Below, one piece after another: positions 36,546 to 50,191 of a stretch of 64,000 bases of DNA. The translations under genes and the position numbers were made by a program. The first letter of the stretch is position 1. Every line of letters starts with the position of its first letter. Under the pieces are notes generated by a model. That model did no database searches, was not told the origin of the DNA, and was given only the letters and a program-made list of their open reading frames with translations. This stretch comes from Eledone cirrhosa (taxonomy: Eukaryota), in the NCBI GenBank assembly GCA_964016885.1, contig OZ024754.1:17856001-17920000 (forward strand), given 5' to 3'.

Positions 36546-39500
36546 AAGGAGCAGGTGTATGCACAATAGAGAAAGATGGGGGTATTTGTGGCTCAGGTAT
36601 ATGAGCGTCAGTGTATGCCCTTTTTAGTCTATCCACCGAAATTGTCTCTCTGGATCCCTTAATGTCTACTGTGAAATGTTTGTCAGTACGTGCTAACACA
36701 CAGTAAGGTCTAGAGTACGGTTGTGTGAGAGGTGGACTAACCGCGTCGTTTCTGACAAAGACGTGTGTCCACAAGGCAATATCCCTCGGGATTGCAGTTT
36801 TAATAGTTTATTTCCTAGTATCCATAGGCGGTAAGTCCTGAAAATAGGAGCGCAAACGAGATACGTAGGAAAGAGGATCTTGAAAAGCAAGATCAACAGG
36901 GGCAAGCATTTGCCCAGGCAACGCTAGAGGAGCACCATACAATAATTCGGCCGGGGAGAACCCAGGGTCCTCCTTTATTGATGACCGAATTCCTAATAAC
37001 ACAATAGGAAGGTACTCGCTCCAACATAGAGAGTCTGGATAGGCGCGAAGAGCGGCCTTTAATTGGTGGTGAAAATGTTCCACCATTCCGTTCGAAAAGA
37101 TGTGGTCCGAATGCGCTGAGTGCCAATAACTTTTGTTAACTCCGAGTAAAGATGTGATTCGAATTGCCTACCATGGTCTGTAGTAATTGTGGTTGGCACG
37201 CCATAGCGGGCAATCCACCCTGAAACCAGGGCACGTGCTATCATGTCAGCAGAAATGTCCTTTAAGGGGATGGCTTCAAGCCATTGCAACAAACGATCAA
37301 TGCAGGTCAAAAGGTAAGAATATCCACTACTGAATGGCCAAGGTCCAACGATATCGATATCGATGTGTTGAAAACGAGCATCCGGAATACTGAAAGTACC
37401 AAGTGGAGTCCGGATGTGTCTGTGGACTTTAGATTTTTTTTTGACACTGTATGCAGGAACGGCACCAGGCAGTAATTTCTCGTCTCATATTTAGCCAGAA
37501 AAATCTAGCCGTTACGAGCTTTATTGTGGCTGAAGATCCTGGGTGAGAAATGCTGTGCAAAGCAAGGAACACAAGTCAACGGTGAGTCTTGGGAACATAA
37601 GGTCGTGGTGAATCCGTAGATACATCGCAGAGAATCTGCCTGTCGGTAGTCGACAAGGTCAGATATTTCAGGTTGCAAGTTGCAAATTCGGCTGATTGAG
37701 TATCCAACGATTTGAGTGCAGGTTGGTCTGCTGCCAAACGCCTTAAATCGATCTCCTGGGATGACGAAATCGAGCTGATTGGCAAGCGTGATAAGGCGTC
37801 TGCAGCTATGTTAAGTGAGCCAGCAATGTGCTGTATATCATTTGTAAACTGCGAAATGTAATCAAGGTGCCTTGTCTCTCTGGGCGAATATTTGTCGGCT
37901 TTAGCCCTCAAAGCGAAGGTTTGTGGTCAGTGAAAACCGTAAAAGTTCTTCCCTCAAGAATGAGAAAAATGTTTCACCGACAGATATATGGCTAATAATT
38001 CCCGCCCAAACGTGCTGTAATAAGTTTCTGCTGGTTTCAGCTTCCTGGAGAAAAATGCCAAAGGTTGTTGGTTTCCAGCGTTGTACTGCTGTAAGACTGC
38101 TCCAACAGCGGTATTAGATGCATCAACACAAAGCGAAAGCTTGGCCTCTGGTACCGGGTGGGCTAGCAAAGATGAACTAGCAAGTGCTGTATTGGCAGTC
38201 TGGAAATCTTTGAGTTGTCCTTCTGTCAAGGAAATACCCTCGTTCTTCTTACAACGATTTTTCAAAATCTTGGTAAGGGAAACAGTAATTTTGCACATTG
38301 AGAAACGAAACGTCTATAAAAACTGATTAGGCCTAAGAAGTGACGCAACTGGTGAAGTGTAGTAGGCGGAGGTAAATCCTGTATAGCCTTAACTCGCTGC
38401 GGAAGGGGTCGAATACCCTCGGCGTCGTTGATGTGACCTAAAAAATTCAGTGAAGCGGATCCGAAAACACACTTTGCGGGATTCACTCGAACGCGGTAAT
38501 CCTGGAGTCAGCGAAATAAAAGGTTCAGGTGACGTATATGCTCTTCTGGAGAGGAAATAGTGACGAGAAGATCATCTATATATGCATAAACAAAGTCCAG
38601 ACCACGAGTGACCTCGTCTATGAACCGCTGAAAATTGCTAGCGGCATTCCTGAGTCCAAAAGGCATGGTAAAAAATTCGAAGGATCCGAAAGGAGTCGTA
38701 ATAGCTGTTTTCGGAATGTTTTCCTACCTGACCGGAATTTAGTGGTAAGCTTGCACTAAATCGAGTTTGGAGAAAATCTTACAACCCTGCAATGAAGATG
38801 CGAAATCCTGGAGATGGGGGAATCGGATATCTATCCGGGACAGTCATAGTGTTTAACCTCCTATAATCCCCAGTGGGTCTCCAGAAGTCTTGGGCACCAT
38901 ATGTAACAGTGAAGCCCAAGGACTCGTAGATGGGCGAATAATGCCCAGCTGCAGCATATGGTCGAACTCGGACCATGCTGCCTATAACTTGTCCGCCGGT
39001 AAACGACGTGGACGTGAAAATACTGGAACACCGGTTGTGGAAATAAAGTGTTCGGTTGAGTGAGTTGGCTCGGTAACTCGAACATTTCCATCGGTGAACT
39101 CCGGGAACAATCTTAATAATGAATAAGGTCCTTGATGAAGAAGTGGCAGTTTAGGAGCTTTACGCTGAGGTCAACTGCCGCCCTCAGCGAACCTCTCTGG
39201 TGTTTCTCGACTTCACAAACGAACAAGGCTGCACACAGTGGTTCGCGTTCTCAGCAAAACGCTCGTGGTACCAGCATAAAGATGAAGCTGGGGACTTTGG
39301 GCAGTATCTGGAAGAGTAAGATCTACCGCGGCTGCGCGAGCACCACTAGAGACCTTCAGCTTCTGTAGCTCCAGGGTGAGTTCCAGAACGGCTTTCTGCA
39401 TAGCCATTATAGCTGCGCTGTCTGCATGAGTTTCCGCCCAGGTAGCTTGGCCAGGTGTGGCCTGAGCTCAGTGAGAAACAGCGGCAAGGGCCTCGCTGCC

Positions 39501-40697
39501 TCCAGCACCCGTGACTTCAAAAACTTTGTCCGCAGAGGCGGCCAGTTGGTCCACAGAACATGTATCCCTAATGGGGCCCAAAATTGCTCGAACACTGGTT
39601 GGTAGCTGTGAGAAAAACAACTGCTTCAACAACGCAGTTTCTGCTGCCGACCCCTCTGTTAGGTCTTTCATTTGACGTGAGATGTTGTTAGCCTTGAAAA
39701 ATGCTTCCATTTGAGCGAACCATAACTTCACGTCGCCCGTGTAAGTAGGGAGAATAGAATGAGATGCCATTGGTGCAATCTCAGTAAGCGGCCAAAATGC
39801 GTCTCCGTAAAAACAAATACTTCGAACACGAGGGAAAATAAAATAAATCCACTTGTTTTTTTTCTGTCAAACAACCGGACAGGAAAACAAATGCACCCAA
39901 AATAATGTGTAAGGGTGCGACTAATCAAGCAATGACATTACAGCGAACCTAAAACAAAAACCAACATGGCGCACAGTTTCCCGCCAAAAAAACTGATGGG
40001 GAAGAAAGCCGCCATCTTGACATCTTCAAAAATTTGAGCAGGGAAAAGAAGGAAAAAAAAAAAATTTACGTAATTGTTCTTAACAAAGAGTTCAGTTTTC
40101 TCTTCCTTATGTGATCGGTAAATGAAGCCATATCAGAATCAAAAGCTGTGTTGTTTTGTATTAATTTTTTTTTTTTATAATACCACTTCGTATTTTTTTT
40201 TCTATTTTTTTTTTAAAGGAACAATTAGTTCCCACGGCTATGGTATTAGTACTAATGGTATTAGTACAGATAATAGTTGTTGTTGAAATAACAAGCATGG
40301 CTTTTTGGTTTATATACAAAGGTTTACTTCATTGAAGTAAAAAAAAGGACAATAAATATATTACCACTAGTTGTGAAGGTTGACAATGTTATTTGTGTAG
40401 TTGGTTCATGAGGCTGTTGGTAGTAAAAAGAGTTACTCTTAACATGTTCACTGGAGTAGGATGGTATTTGCACTCCATGTGTTGTGGGTGAAGGCTAAAG
40501 TGGAGAAGGCGAAGTCGCCTCCGTTCTACAGGGCTGCTGCGGGTAAAAGAGAGATAGAGCACTCTCGCTGTCTCAATATATAGTCCCCATGGGGACGTAA
40601 CTCCAATTACCTCCTGTTGTTGACACTAGGGGTCACTACAGTTCCCAAAGGACGTAACTCTCATGAGTTCTGGATTTCACCGCTAGGGGTCACTACA
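36546..40697 (-). mobile_element. Gypsy/Ty3 LTR retrotransposon, decayed, lacking its 3' LTR
   Basis: 5' LTR ~40253-40697. gag (KLWFAQMEAFF), RT ([19 protein letters not shown]), RNase H (VDASNTAVGAVL..YSTFGRELLA) and integrase (TTDHGRQFES) in Gypsy order. Protease region deleted. Confidence 0.92.
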
Positions 40698-40710
40698 CTT
40701 TTGAAACTGT

Positions 40711-40922
40711 CTCTGGCTCTACGATGGTAAGCTGTTTATTTTAAAGTGTTTATATTTATCTCAAAATCATCCATCATAAATTTATATAAGAATCTTTCTT
40801 AAGTTATGTTCCAATCACTCCTGGCTCTACGATGGTAAGCTGTTTATTTTAAAGTGTTTATATTTATCTAAAAATCATCCATCATAAATTTATGTAAGAA
40901 CCTTTCTTAAGTTATGTTCCAA
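40711..40922 (+). repeat. ~110-bp direct tandem duplication next to the Gypsy LTR
   Basis: ctggctctacgatggtaagc...aagttatgttccaa occurs twice. Confidence 0.85.
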
Positions 40923-41431
40923 ACACCAGTTTAAAAATGACAAAGTTCTTCTACTAAATCATTCCAAATTCTTGATTATTTTCAAAATGATTTGAAAATT
41001 ACAGACAGGGGTTTTTCATTAGAGATATGGCAGACATGTTGAATATGTCAGTATATATTACACAGTTTAACATAGAGACTAGATCAGCAGTCGCCAACTG
41101 GATGTCCGAAAGAAAATTTTGGACATTATTTGCTTTAAAGATTTTGTTATGATTACATAAGCATTTATAATTTTATTTAATAGGCGCATTTCATATTATA
41201 AAATGGAAATTCTCTATCATTATTTTACAAATGTATTTATCTTTTTAAAAAATTCATATTAGTGGTCCGCAAGATTTAAATTTCTGAATTTAGTGGTAAG
41301 TGAGGTCCGAAAGGTTGGCATCCACTGGACTAGGTTGAAAATTATAGACAGGAGTCTTTCATTAGAGATAAGGGTAGACATTTGAATATCTCAGTAAATA
41401 TAACAACACAGATAGATTAGATAATACTTAC

Positions 41432-41539
41432 TGGCCCAGTTCAGTGATTGAGGAGTCTGGTTAAACAATGTCACTGTTGCTTTCTCAAGTTCTCCATTTA
41501 ACAACACAACCTTGCTCTTCAGACTTTTACATTCTTTAT
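41432..41539 (-). CDS. NUMA1: NuMA-like gene exon (end of coiled coil)
   Basis: Acceptor caacag|AT, donor GCC A|gtaagt. 108 nt, phase 1/1. KECKSLKSKVVLLNGELEKATVTLFNQTPQSLNWA. Confidence 0.85.
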
Positions 41540-41624
41540 CTGTTGATATAACATAACTACGTGTTCTAATTCTTAAAAGAACATCATCAAAATACCCAAA
41601 CAATGATTTCTATAACAACAACAA

Positions 41625-42510
41625 TGGTTTCTCCTTTAGGCACAAGGCCAGCAATTTAAAGCGATGGGGAAAGTCGATTAAATCGCCCCAGTGTATTACT
41701 GGTGCTTTATTTTATCAATCCTGTAAGGATGAAAGGCAAAGCTAACATCAGCGGGATTTGAACAAAGAACGTAAAGGGCCATAACTCAATGCCGCGAAGC
41801 ATGGTGTCCGACACTCTACCGGTACTGCCAATCCACAGCTCTACTTGTTTCTGATTTAGACACAAGGCCAACAATTTTGGGGGGAAGGTGAAGGGAAAGT
41901 CAGTTATATCAACCCCAGTGCATTACTGGTACTTTATTTTATCAACTTCATAAGGATGAAAGGCAAAGTTAACCTTGGCAGGATTTGAGCTCAGAACAAA
42001 GGGTCATAACTTTATGCCGCAAAACATATTGTCCAACGCTCTACCGATTACTGCCAATCCACTGCCCTAAATAATACTAATAATAATTGTTTCAACTTTT
42101 GGCACAAGGCCAGCAATTATCTCAGTGTATTACTGGTACTTTATTTTATCGACCCCGTAAGGTAAAGTTAACCTCGGTGGGATTTGAATTCAGACCATGA
42201 AAGGCCGAAACTCTTTGCTGCAAAGCATGGCGTCCGACCCTCTACCGATACTGCCAATCCACCTCCATTTATAATAATACTAATAATAATGGTTTCTGAT
42301 TTAGGCACAAGGACAGCAATTTTAGTGGAGGGGAAAATTGATTAAATCTGCCCCAGTGCATTACTGGTGCTTTATTTTATCAACCTACTGTAAAGATGGA
42401 AGGCAAAGCTAACTTCAGCAGAATTTGAACTCGGAATGTAAAGGGCTGTAACTCTATGCCATAAAGCATGTTGTTTGACGCTCTACCAATCACTGCCAAC
42501 CCATCACCCT
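41625..42510 (-). mobile_element. Four head-to-tail tRNA-derived SINE copies in one intron
   Basis: Four diverged units, each running ggcacaagg...actggtactttatttt...tgccaatccac, separated by short A-rich tracts. Confidence 0.88.
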
Positions 42511-42534
42511 GAATAATATTAATAATAATCATAC

Positions 42535-42760
42535 AAGTTTCTTGGTATTTATGCTGCTCTTTCTTCAGCATCTCCGACATAGAATACTTCTCCTTTTCTA
42601 ACTCCATCAATTTCTTCATCAATCTTTCATTATTCTTCTTGTCTTCAGCCTCCCGTTCATTCACTTTTGCAATGACGTTAGCTTCATGTGTCTTGTAGTC
42701 TTTTATCAATTTCTCAAGTTTTTCAGATTCAAATACAGACTCGGAATATTTCTCCTTTAG
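42535..42760 (-). CDS. NUMA1: NuMA-like gene exon
   Basis: Acceptor tttttag|CTA, donor ACT T|gtatga. 226 nt, phase 0/1. LKEKYSESVFESEKLEKLIKDYKTHE...QET. Confidence 0.87.
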
Positions 42761-42787
42761 CTAAAAATACAAAGGTAAGTTATGTTA

Positions 42788-43945
42788 ATTTAACCCTGTA
42801 CTGAAGACCCTCCTGGTCCTTAAATTATTTAACCCTGTACTGAAGACCCTCCTGGTCCTTAAATTATTTAACCCTGTACTGAAGACCCCTGGTCCTTAAA
42901 TTATTTAACCCTGTACTGAAGACCCCCCCCCCCCTAGTCCTTAAATTATTTAAACCTGTACTGAAGACCACTGGTCCGTAAATTATTTAACCCTGTACTG
43001 AAGACCCCTGGTCCTTAAATTATTTAACACTGTACTGAAGATCACCCCTGGTCCTTAAATTATTTAACTCTGTACTGAAGACCCCCCTGGTCCTTAAATT
43101 ATTTAACCCTGTATGAAGACACCCCCCCCCCCCGGTCCTTAAATTATTTAACACTGTACTGAAGACCACCCTGGTCCTTAAATTATTTAACTCTGTACTG
43201 AAGACCCCCCTGGTCCTTAAATTATTTAACCCTGTACTGAAGACCCCTGGTCCTTAAATTATTTAACCCTGTACTGAAGACCCCCCCCCCCTGGTCCTTA
43301 AATTATTTAAACCTGTACTGAAGACCACTGGTCCTTAAATTATTTAACCCTGTACTGAAGACCCCTGGTCCTTAAATTATTTAACACTGTACTGAAGATC
43401 ACCCCTGGTCCTTAAATTATTTAACACTGTACTGAAGACCACCCTGGTCCTTAAATTATTTAACACTGTACTGAAGACCACCCTGGTCCTTAAATTATTT
43501 AACAGTGTACTGAAGACCCCTGGTCCTTAAATTATTTAACACTGTACTGAAGACCACCCTGGTCCTTAAATTATTTAACCCTGTACTGAAGACCCCCCCC
43601 CCCCCCACCCTGGTCCTTAAATTATTTAACCCTGTTCTGAAGACCCCCCCCCCCCCCCGGTCCTTAAATTATTTAACCCTGTACTGAAGACCCCCCTGGT
43701 CCTTAAATTATTTAACACTGTACTGAAGACCACTGGTCCTTAAATTATTTAACCCTGTTCTGAAGACCCCCCCCCCCCGGTCCTTAAATTATTTAACCCT
43801 GTTCTGAAGACCCCCCCCCCGGTCCTTAAATTATTTAACCCTGTACTGAAGACCCCCCTGGTCCTTAAATTATTAAACCCTGTACTGAAGACCCCCCTGG
43901 TCCTTAAATTATTTAACCCTGTACTGAAGACCCCTGGTCTTTAAA
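42788..43945 (+). repeat. ~37-48-bp minisatellite with a variable poly-C tract
   Basis: Unit tttaaccctgtactgaagacc(c)n tggtccttaaatta, about 29 copies. Confidence 0.95.
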
Positions 43946-44441
43946 TACTTTGGTAGTGATTCTAAGACAAACAGACACACATGTACTCATACATATATAT
44001 ATACACATCCCAGGCCTTTAAATAGTTTGGTAGTGATTCTAAAACACATACATCTCTGGCATTTAAACAGACAGTATTTCTAATCATCATCACTGGATGA
44101 TTGCAATGAATCCCTCGTGGGTCTGCCATCGACCTTGTTTGCAGTGTGGGGCTGGATGATGCCGTTTTGAGCTGAGCCCAGCGTTGATTTGTCAGCACAG
44201 GTCTTTTTCAGAGAGACCTGCCTACACGCAAATTGTAAATAATATATAATAAATAAAATTGTTAATTCATATATAATAAATATTATATATTTTTTATTTT
44301 AGTATATTTATATATATATGTATCATTGATATTTAATATACTATTATATCATCTTTACCTCCCCCTTAGGCACAACCCACTTTGAAAACCTTTGGTCTAT
44401 ACCTTAGTAGAGGAACACTAAAGATTACACCTAGTTTTTAC

Positions 44442-44588
44442 CTTTGTTACATCTTTCTCCAGTTTGTGTTTCTCATCAAAGAATTCTTCCTCTTTCTGTA
44501 GATAAAGCAGTTGATAGTCTTGGAGTTTACCAACACTAACCTGCTTCTCTTGTTTTGTTGTCTTCAGTTCTTTTTGGATACTTTCAAT
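44442..44588 (-). CDS. NUMA1: NuMA-like gene exon
   Basis: Acceptor ttctccag|ATT, donor AAG|gtaaaa. 147 nt, phase 0/0. IESIQKELKTTKQEK...DVTK. Confidence 0.87.
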
Positions 44589-44627
44589 CTGGAGAAAAAC
44601 AGTTAAAATATACAAATTAGATTTCCT

Positions 44628-47600
44628 TACAGTATTGCTATAGTGTTATAGAGCAGACCAAGTTAATAAGGTACATCTATATGGCACAGTATTGCTATAG
44701 TGTTATAGAGCTGACCAAGTTAATAAGGTACATCTATATGGCACGGTATTGCTATAGTGTTATAGAGCAGACCAAGGTAATAAGGTACATTTATATGGCA
44801 CAGTATTGCTATAGTGTTATAGAGCAGACCAAGGTAATAAGGTACATCTATATGGCACAGTATTGCTATAGTGTTATAGAGCAGACCAAGGTAATAAGGT
44901 ACATCTATATGGCACAGTATTGCTATAGTGTTATAGAGCAGACCAAGTTAATAAGGTACATCTATATGGCACAGTATTGCTATAGTGTTATAGAGCAGAC
45001 CAAGGTAATAAGGTACATCTATATGGCTATAGTGTTATAGAGCTGACCAAGGCAATAAGGTACATTTATATGGCGCAGTATTGCTATAGTGTTATAGAGC
45101 AGACCAAGGTAATAAGGTACATCTATATGGCACAGTATTGCTATAGTGTTATAGAGCAGACCAAGTTAATAAGGTACATCTATATGGCACAGTATTGTTA
45201 TAGTGTTATAGAGCAGACCAAGTTAATAAGGTACATCTATATGGCACAGTATTGCTATAGTGTTATAGAGCAGACCAAGTTAATAAGGTACATCTATATG
45301 GCACAGTATTGCTATAGTGTTATAGAGCAGACCAAGTTAATAAGGTACATCTATATGGCACAGTATTGCTATAGTGTTATAGAGCTGACCAAGTTAATAA
45401 GGTACATCTATATGGCACAGTATTGCTATAGTGTTATAGAGCTGACCAAGTTAATAAGGTACATCTATATGGCACAGTATTGTTATAGTGTTATAGAGCA
45501 GACCAAGTTAATAAGGTACATCTATATGGCACAGTATTGCTATAGTGTTATAGAGCAGACCAAGATAATAAGGTACATCTATATGGCACAGTATTGTTGT
45601 AGTGTTATAGAGCTGACCAAGTTAATAAGGTACATCTATATGGCACAGTATTGCTATAGTGTTATAGAGCTGACCAAGTTAATAAGGTACATCTATATGG
45701 CACAGTATTGCTATAGTGTTATAGAGCTGACCAAGTTAATAAGGTACATCTATATAGCACAGTATTGCTATAGTGTTATAGAGCAGACCAAGGTAATAAG
45801 GTACATCTATATGGCACAGTATTGTTATAGTGTTATAGAGCAGACCAAGTTAATAAGGTACATCTATATGGCACAGTATTGTTATAATGTTATAGAGCAG
45901 ACCAAGTTAATAAGGTACATCTATATGGCACAGTATTGCTATAGTGTTATAGAGCAGACCAAGTTAATAAGGTACATCTATATGGCACAGTATTGTTATA
46001 GTGTTATAGAGCAGACCAAGTTAATAAGGTACATCTATATGGGACAGTATTGCTATAGTGTTATAGAGCTGACCAAGGTAATAAGGTACATCTATATGGC
46101 ACAGTATTGCTATAGTGTTATAGAGCTGACCAAGTTAATAAGGTACATCTATATGGCACAGTATTGTTATAGTGTTATAGAGCTGACCAAGTTAATAAGG
46201 TACATCTATATGGGACAGTATTGCTATAGTGTTATAGAGCTGACCAAGGTAATAAGGTACATCTATATGGCACAGTATTGCTATAGTGTTATAGAGCTGA
46301 CCAAGTTAATAAGGTACATCTATATGGCACAGTATTGTTATAGTGTTATAGAGCTGACCAAGTTAATAAGGTACATCTATATGGCACAGTATTGTTATAG
46401 TGTTATAGAGCTGATCAAGGTAATATGGTACATCTATATGACACAGTATTGCTATAGTGTTATAGAGCAGACCAAGTTAATAAGGTACATCTATATGGCA
46501 CAGTATTGCTATAGTGTTATAGAGCAGACCAAGGTAATAAGGTACATCTATATGGCACAGTATTGTTATAGTGTTATAGAGCTGACCAAGGTAATAAGGT
46601 ACATCTATATGGCACAGTATTGCTATAGTGTTATAGAGCAGACCAAGGTAATAAGGTACATCTATATGGCACAGTATTGTTATAGTGTTATAGAGCAGAC
46701 CAAGTTAATAAGGTACATCTATATGGCACAGTATTGCTATAGTGTTATAGAGCAGACCAAGGTAATAAGGTACATCTATATGGCACAGTATTGTTATAGT
46801 GTTATAGAGCTGACCAAGGTAATAAGGTACATCTATATGGCACAGTATTGCTATAGTGTTATAGAACTGACCAAGTTAATAAGGTACATCTATATGGCAC
46901 AGTATTGCTATAGTGTTATAGAGCTGACCAAGGTAATAAGGTACATCTATATGGCACAGTATTGTTATAGTGTTATAGAGCAGACCAAGGTAATAAGGTA
47001 CATCTATATGGCACAGTATTGCTATAGTGTTATAGAGCTGATCAAGGTAATAAGGTACATCTATATGGCACAGTATTGCTATAGTGTTATAGAGCTGACC
47101 AAGGTAATAAGGTACATCTATATGGCACAGTATTGTTATAGTGTTATAGAGCAGACCAAGGTAATAAGGTACATCTATATGGCACAGTATTGTTATAGTG
47201 TTATAGAGCAGACCAAGGTAATAAGGTACATCTATATGGCACAGTATTGCTATAGTGTTATAGAGCTGACCAAGTTAATAAGGTACATCTATATGGCACA
47301 GTATTGCTATAATGTTATAGAGCAGACCAAGGTAATAAGGTACATCTATATGGCACAGTATTGCTATAGTGTTATAGAGCAGACCAAGGTAATAAGGTAC
47401 ATCTATATGGCACAGTATTGCTATAGTGTTATAGAGCTGACCAAGGTAATAAGGTACATCTATATGGCACAGTATTGCTAGTGTTATAGAGCAGACCAAG
47501 GTAATAAGGTACATCTATATGACACAGTATTGCTATAGTGTTATAGAGCAGACCAAGTTAATAAGGTACATCTATATGGCACAGTATTGCTATAGTGTTA

Positions 47601-48940
47601 TAGAGCAGACCAAGGTAATAAGGTACATCTATATGGCACAGTATTGTTATAGTGTTATAGAGCAGACCAAGGTAATAAGGTACATCTATATGGCACAGTA
47701 TTGCTATAGTGTTATAGAGCTGACCAAGTTAATAAGGTACATCTATATGGGACAGTATTGCTATAGTGTTATAGAGCTGACCAAGGTAATAAGGTACATC
47801 TATATGGCACAGTATTGCTATAGTGTTATAGAGCTGACCAAGTTAATAAGGTACATCTATATGGCACAGTATTGTTATAGTGTTATAGAGCTGACCAAGT
47901 TAATAAGGTACATCTATATGGCACAGTATTGTTATAGTGTTATAGAGCTGACCAAGGTAATAAGGTACATCTATATGACACAGTATTGCTATAGTGTTAT
48001 AGAGCAGACCAAGTTAATAAGGTACATCTATATGGCACAGTATTGCTATAGTGTTATAGAGCAGACCAAGGTAATAAGGTACATCTATATGGCACAGTAT
48101 TGTTATAGTGTTATAGAGCTGACCAAGGTAATAAGGTACATCTATATGGCACAGTATTGCTATAGTGTTATAGAGCAGACCAAGGTAATAAGGTACATCT
48201 ATATGGCACAGTATTGTTATAGTGTTATAGAGCAGACCAAGTTAATAAGGTACATCTATATGGCACAGTATTGCTATAGTGTTATAGAGCAGACCAAGGT
48301 AATAAGGTACATCTATATGGCATAGTATTGCTATAGTGTTATAGAGCAGACCAAGTTAATAAGGTACATCTATATGGCACAGTATTGCTATAGTGTTATA
48401 GAGCTGACCAAGGTAATAAGGTACATCTATATGGCACAGTATTGCTATAGTGTTATAGAGCTGACCAAGTTAATAAGGTACATCTATATGGCACAGTATT
48501 GTTATAGTGTTATAGAGCTGACCAAGGTAATAAGGTACATCTATATGGCACAGTATTGCTATAGTGTTATAGAGCTGACCAAGTTAATAAGGTACATCTA
48601 TATGGCACAGTATTGTTATAGTGTTATAGAGCAGACCAAGGTAGTAAGGTACATTTATATGGCACAGTATTGCTATAGTGTTATAGAGCTGACCAAGGTA
48701 ATAAGGTACATCTATATGGCACAGTATTGCTATAGTTTTATAGAGCTGACCAAGTTAATAAGGTACATCTATATGGCACAGTATTGCTATAGTGTTATAG
48801 AGCAGACCAAGGTAATAAGGTACATCTATATGGCACAGTATTGCTATAGTGTTATAAAGCAGACCAAGGTAATAAGGTACATCTATATGGCACAGTATTG
48901 CTATAGTGTTATTGAGCTGACCAAGTTAATAAGGTACATC
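44628..48940 (+). repeat. 57-bp minisatellite (~75 copies), intronic
   Basis: Unit atggcacagtattg(c/t)tatagtgttatagagc(a/t)gaccaag(g/t)taataaggtacatctat. Confidence 0.97.
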
Positions 48941-49256
48941 TTAAGGTTAAGATAGTGCTCCAGCATAGCTAATCTAATAAATGAAACCAGTAAAAAAAAA
49001 GTACTAAGGTAGATGTTGGACTAAATCCCTTTAGGGTAGTGCTCCAGCATGGCCAGTCTAATGACTGAGACCAGTAAATAAAGTACTAAGTTAGATATGT
49101 CGGACTAAATCCCTTTATGGTAGTGCTCCAGCATGGCCACAGTCTAACAACTGGAATTAGTAAAAGAATTAAAGACTATAATGGTGATGCCGCAGCATGG
49201 CCTTAGCCTGTCAGCTGGAACATGTAAAAAAAAGTAACAGAGGATAAAAAAATTAC

Positions 49257-49508
49257 CTCAGCAGATATATTTTCATGTTTCTTTTTAAATATCTGTAACT
49301 CCTTCTGGGAAATCTGTAAGCGGCTGACCAGTGAAGAGTTCATTTCTTCAGCTTTGGACAAAGTCTTCGTCTGTTCTATGATTAACTTCTGTTCCTTGCT
49401 GTAGAAATAGGCTTCTGACTTGCTGTTCTTCATTTTCTGCTGCTGGCATCGATCTCTAACTTCTTCGATGATATTGTTTAGCTTTTTGATCTCTTCTTCA
49501 TGGCTTTC
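49257..49508 (-). CDS. NUMA1: NuMA-like gene exon
   Basis: Acceptor caacag|GAA, donor GAG|gtaatt. 252 nt, phase 0/0. ESHEEEIKKLNNIIEEVRDRC...ISAE. Confidence 0.88.
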
Positions 49509-49919
49509 CTGTTGATATCGATAAAGATTTCTAATTTAGGCACAACAAAGGCCAAGAATTTGGAGTGAGGAGGGGTGAAGGGAAAATCGATTACATCAAC
49601 CTCATTATGTGACTGGTACCTTATTTTATAGATACTGGAAAGGATGTAGGGCAAAATTGACCTGGGAGGGATTTGAACTCAGAACATAAAGGGCTATAAC
49701 TAAATATGGCCAATCATTTTGCCTGACGGTCTACTGATTTTACCAATGACTTTAACATCAGTGTTGGTAATAATGAAGATGATCTCTCACAAACACATAC
49801 ACACAGCTGTTTTCTCAACTTAACTTACAGCCAATGTTTTTATCAATTTAACAATGTCACATCAAAAGAATCACAACCCAGCTCATTCTTCATTAACCAC
49901 TGAAGATCATTTATATTCA

Positions 49920-50148
49920 CTGTTAACAGTTAACACAGTCACACATAGTTAATAGTTAACACAGCCATCATAGTTAACACAACCAAACACAGTTAATAGT
50001 TAACACAACCATCATAGTTAACACAACCAAACACAGTTAATAGTTAACACAGCCATTCATAGTTAACACAACCAAACACAGTTAACACAACCACACAGTT
50101 AACACAGCCATACACATTTAACAGTTAACAGCCATTCATAGTTAACAG
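49920..50148 (+). repeat. Degenerate GTTAAC-based tandem repeat
   Basis: Recurrent agttaacaca(a/g)cc units. Confidence 0.8.
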
Positions 50149-50191
50149 ATCTAAAATGAACAAAACAAACAAATGAAGGAAATATATTTAC

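Noticed and set aside
42788-43945. CTGAAGA plus a GACC..GGTC hairpin in each unit, suggesting a hammerhead satellite
   Set aside because: No GAAA box or stem I pairing, and the hairpin overlaps the core box.
44681-48955. 803-aa and other repetitive ORFs; superficial CRISPR-like regularity
   Set aside because: 57-bp tandem repeat with no unique spacers and no cas genes, in a eukaryotic intron. Indels break the frame.
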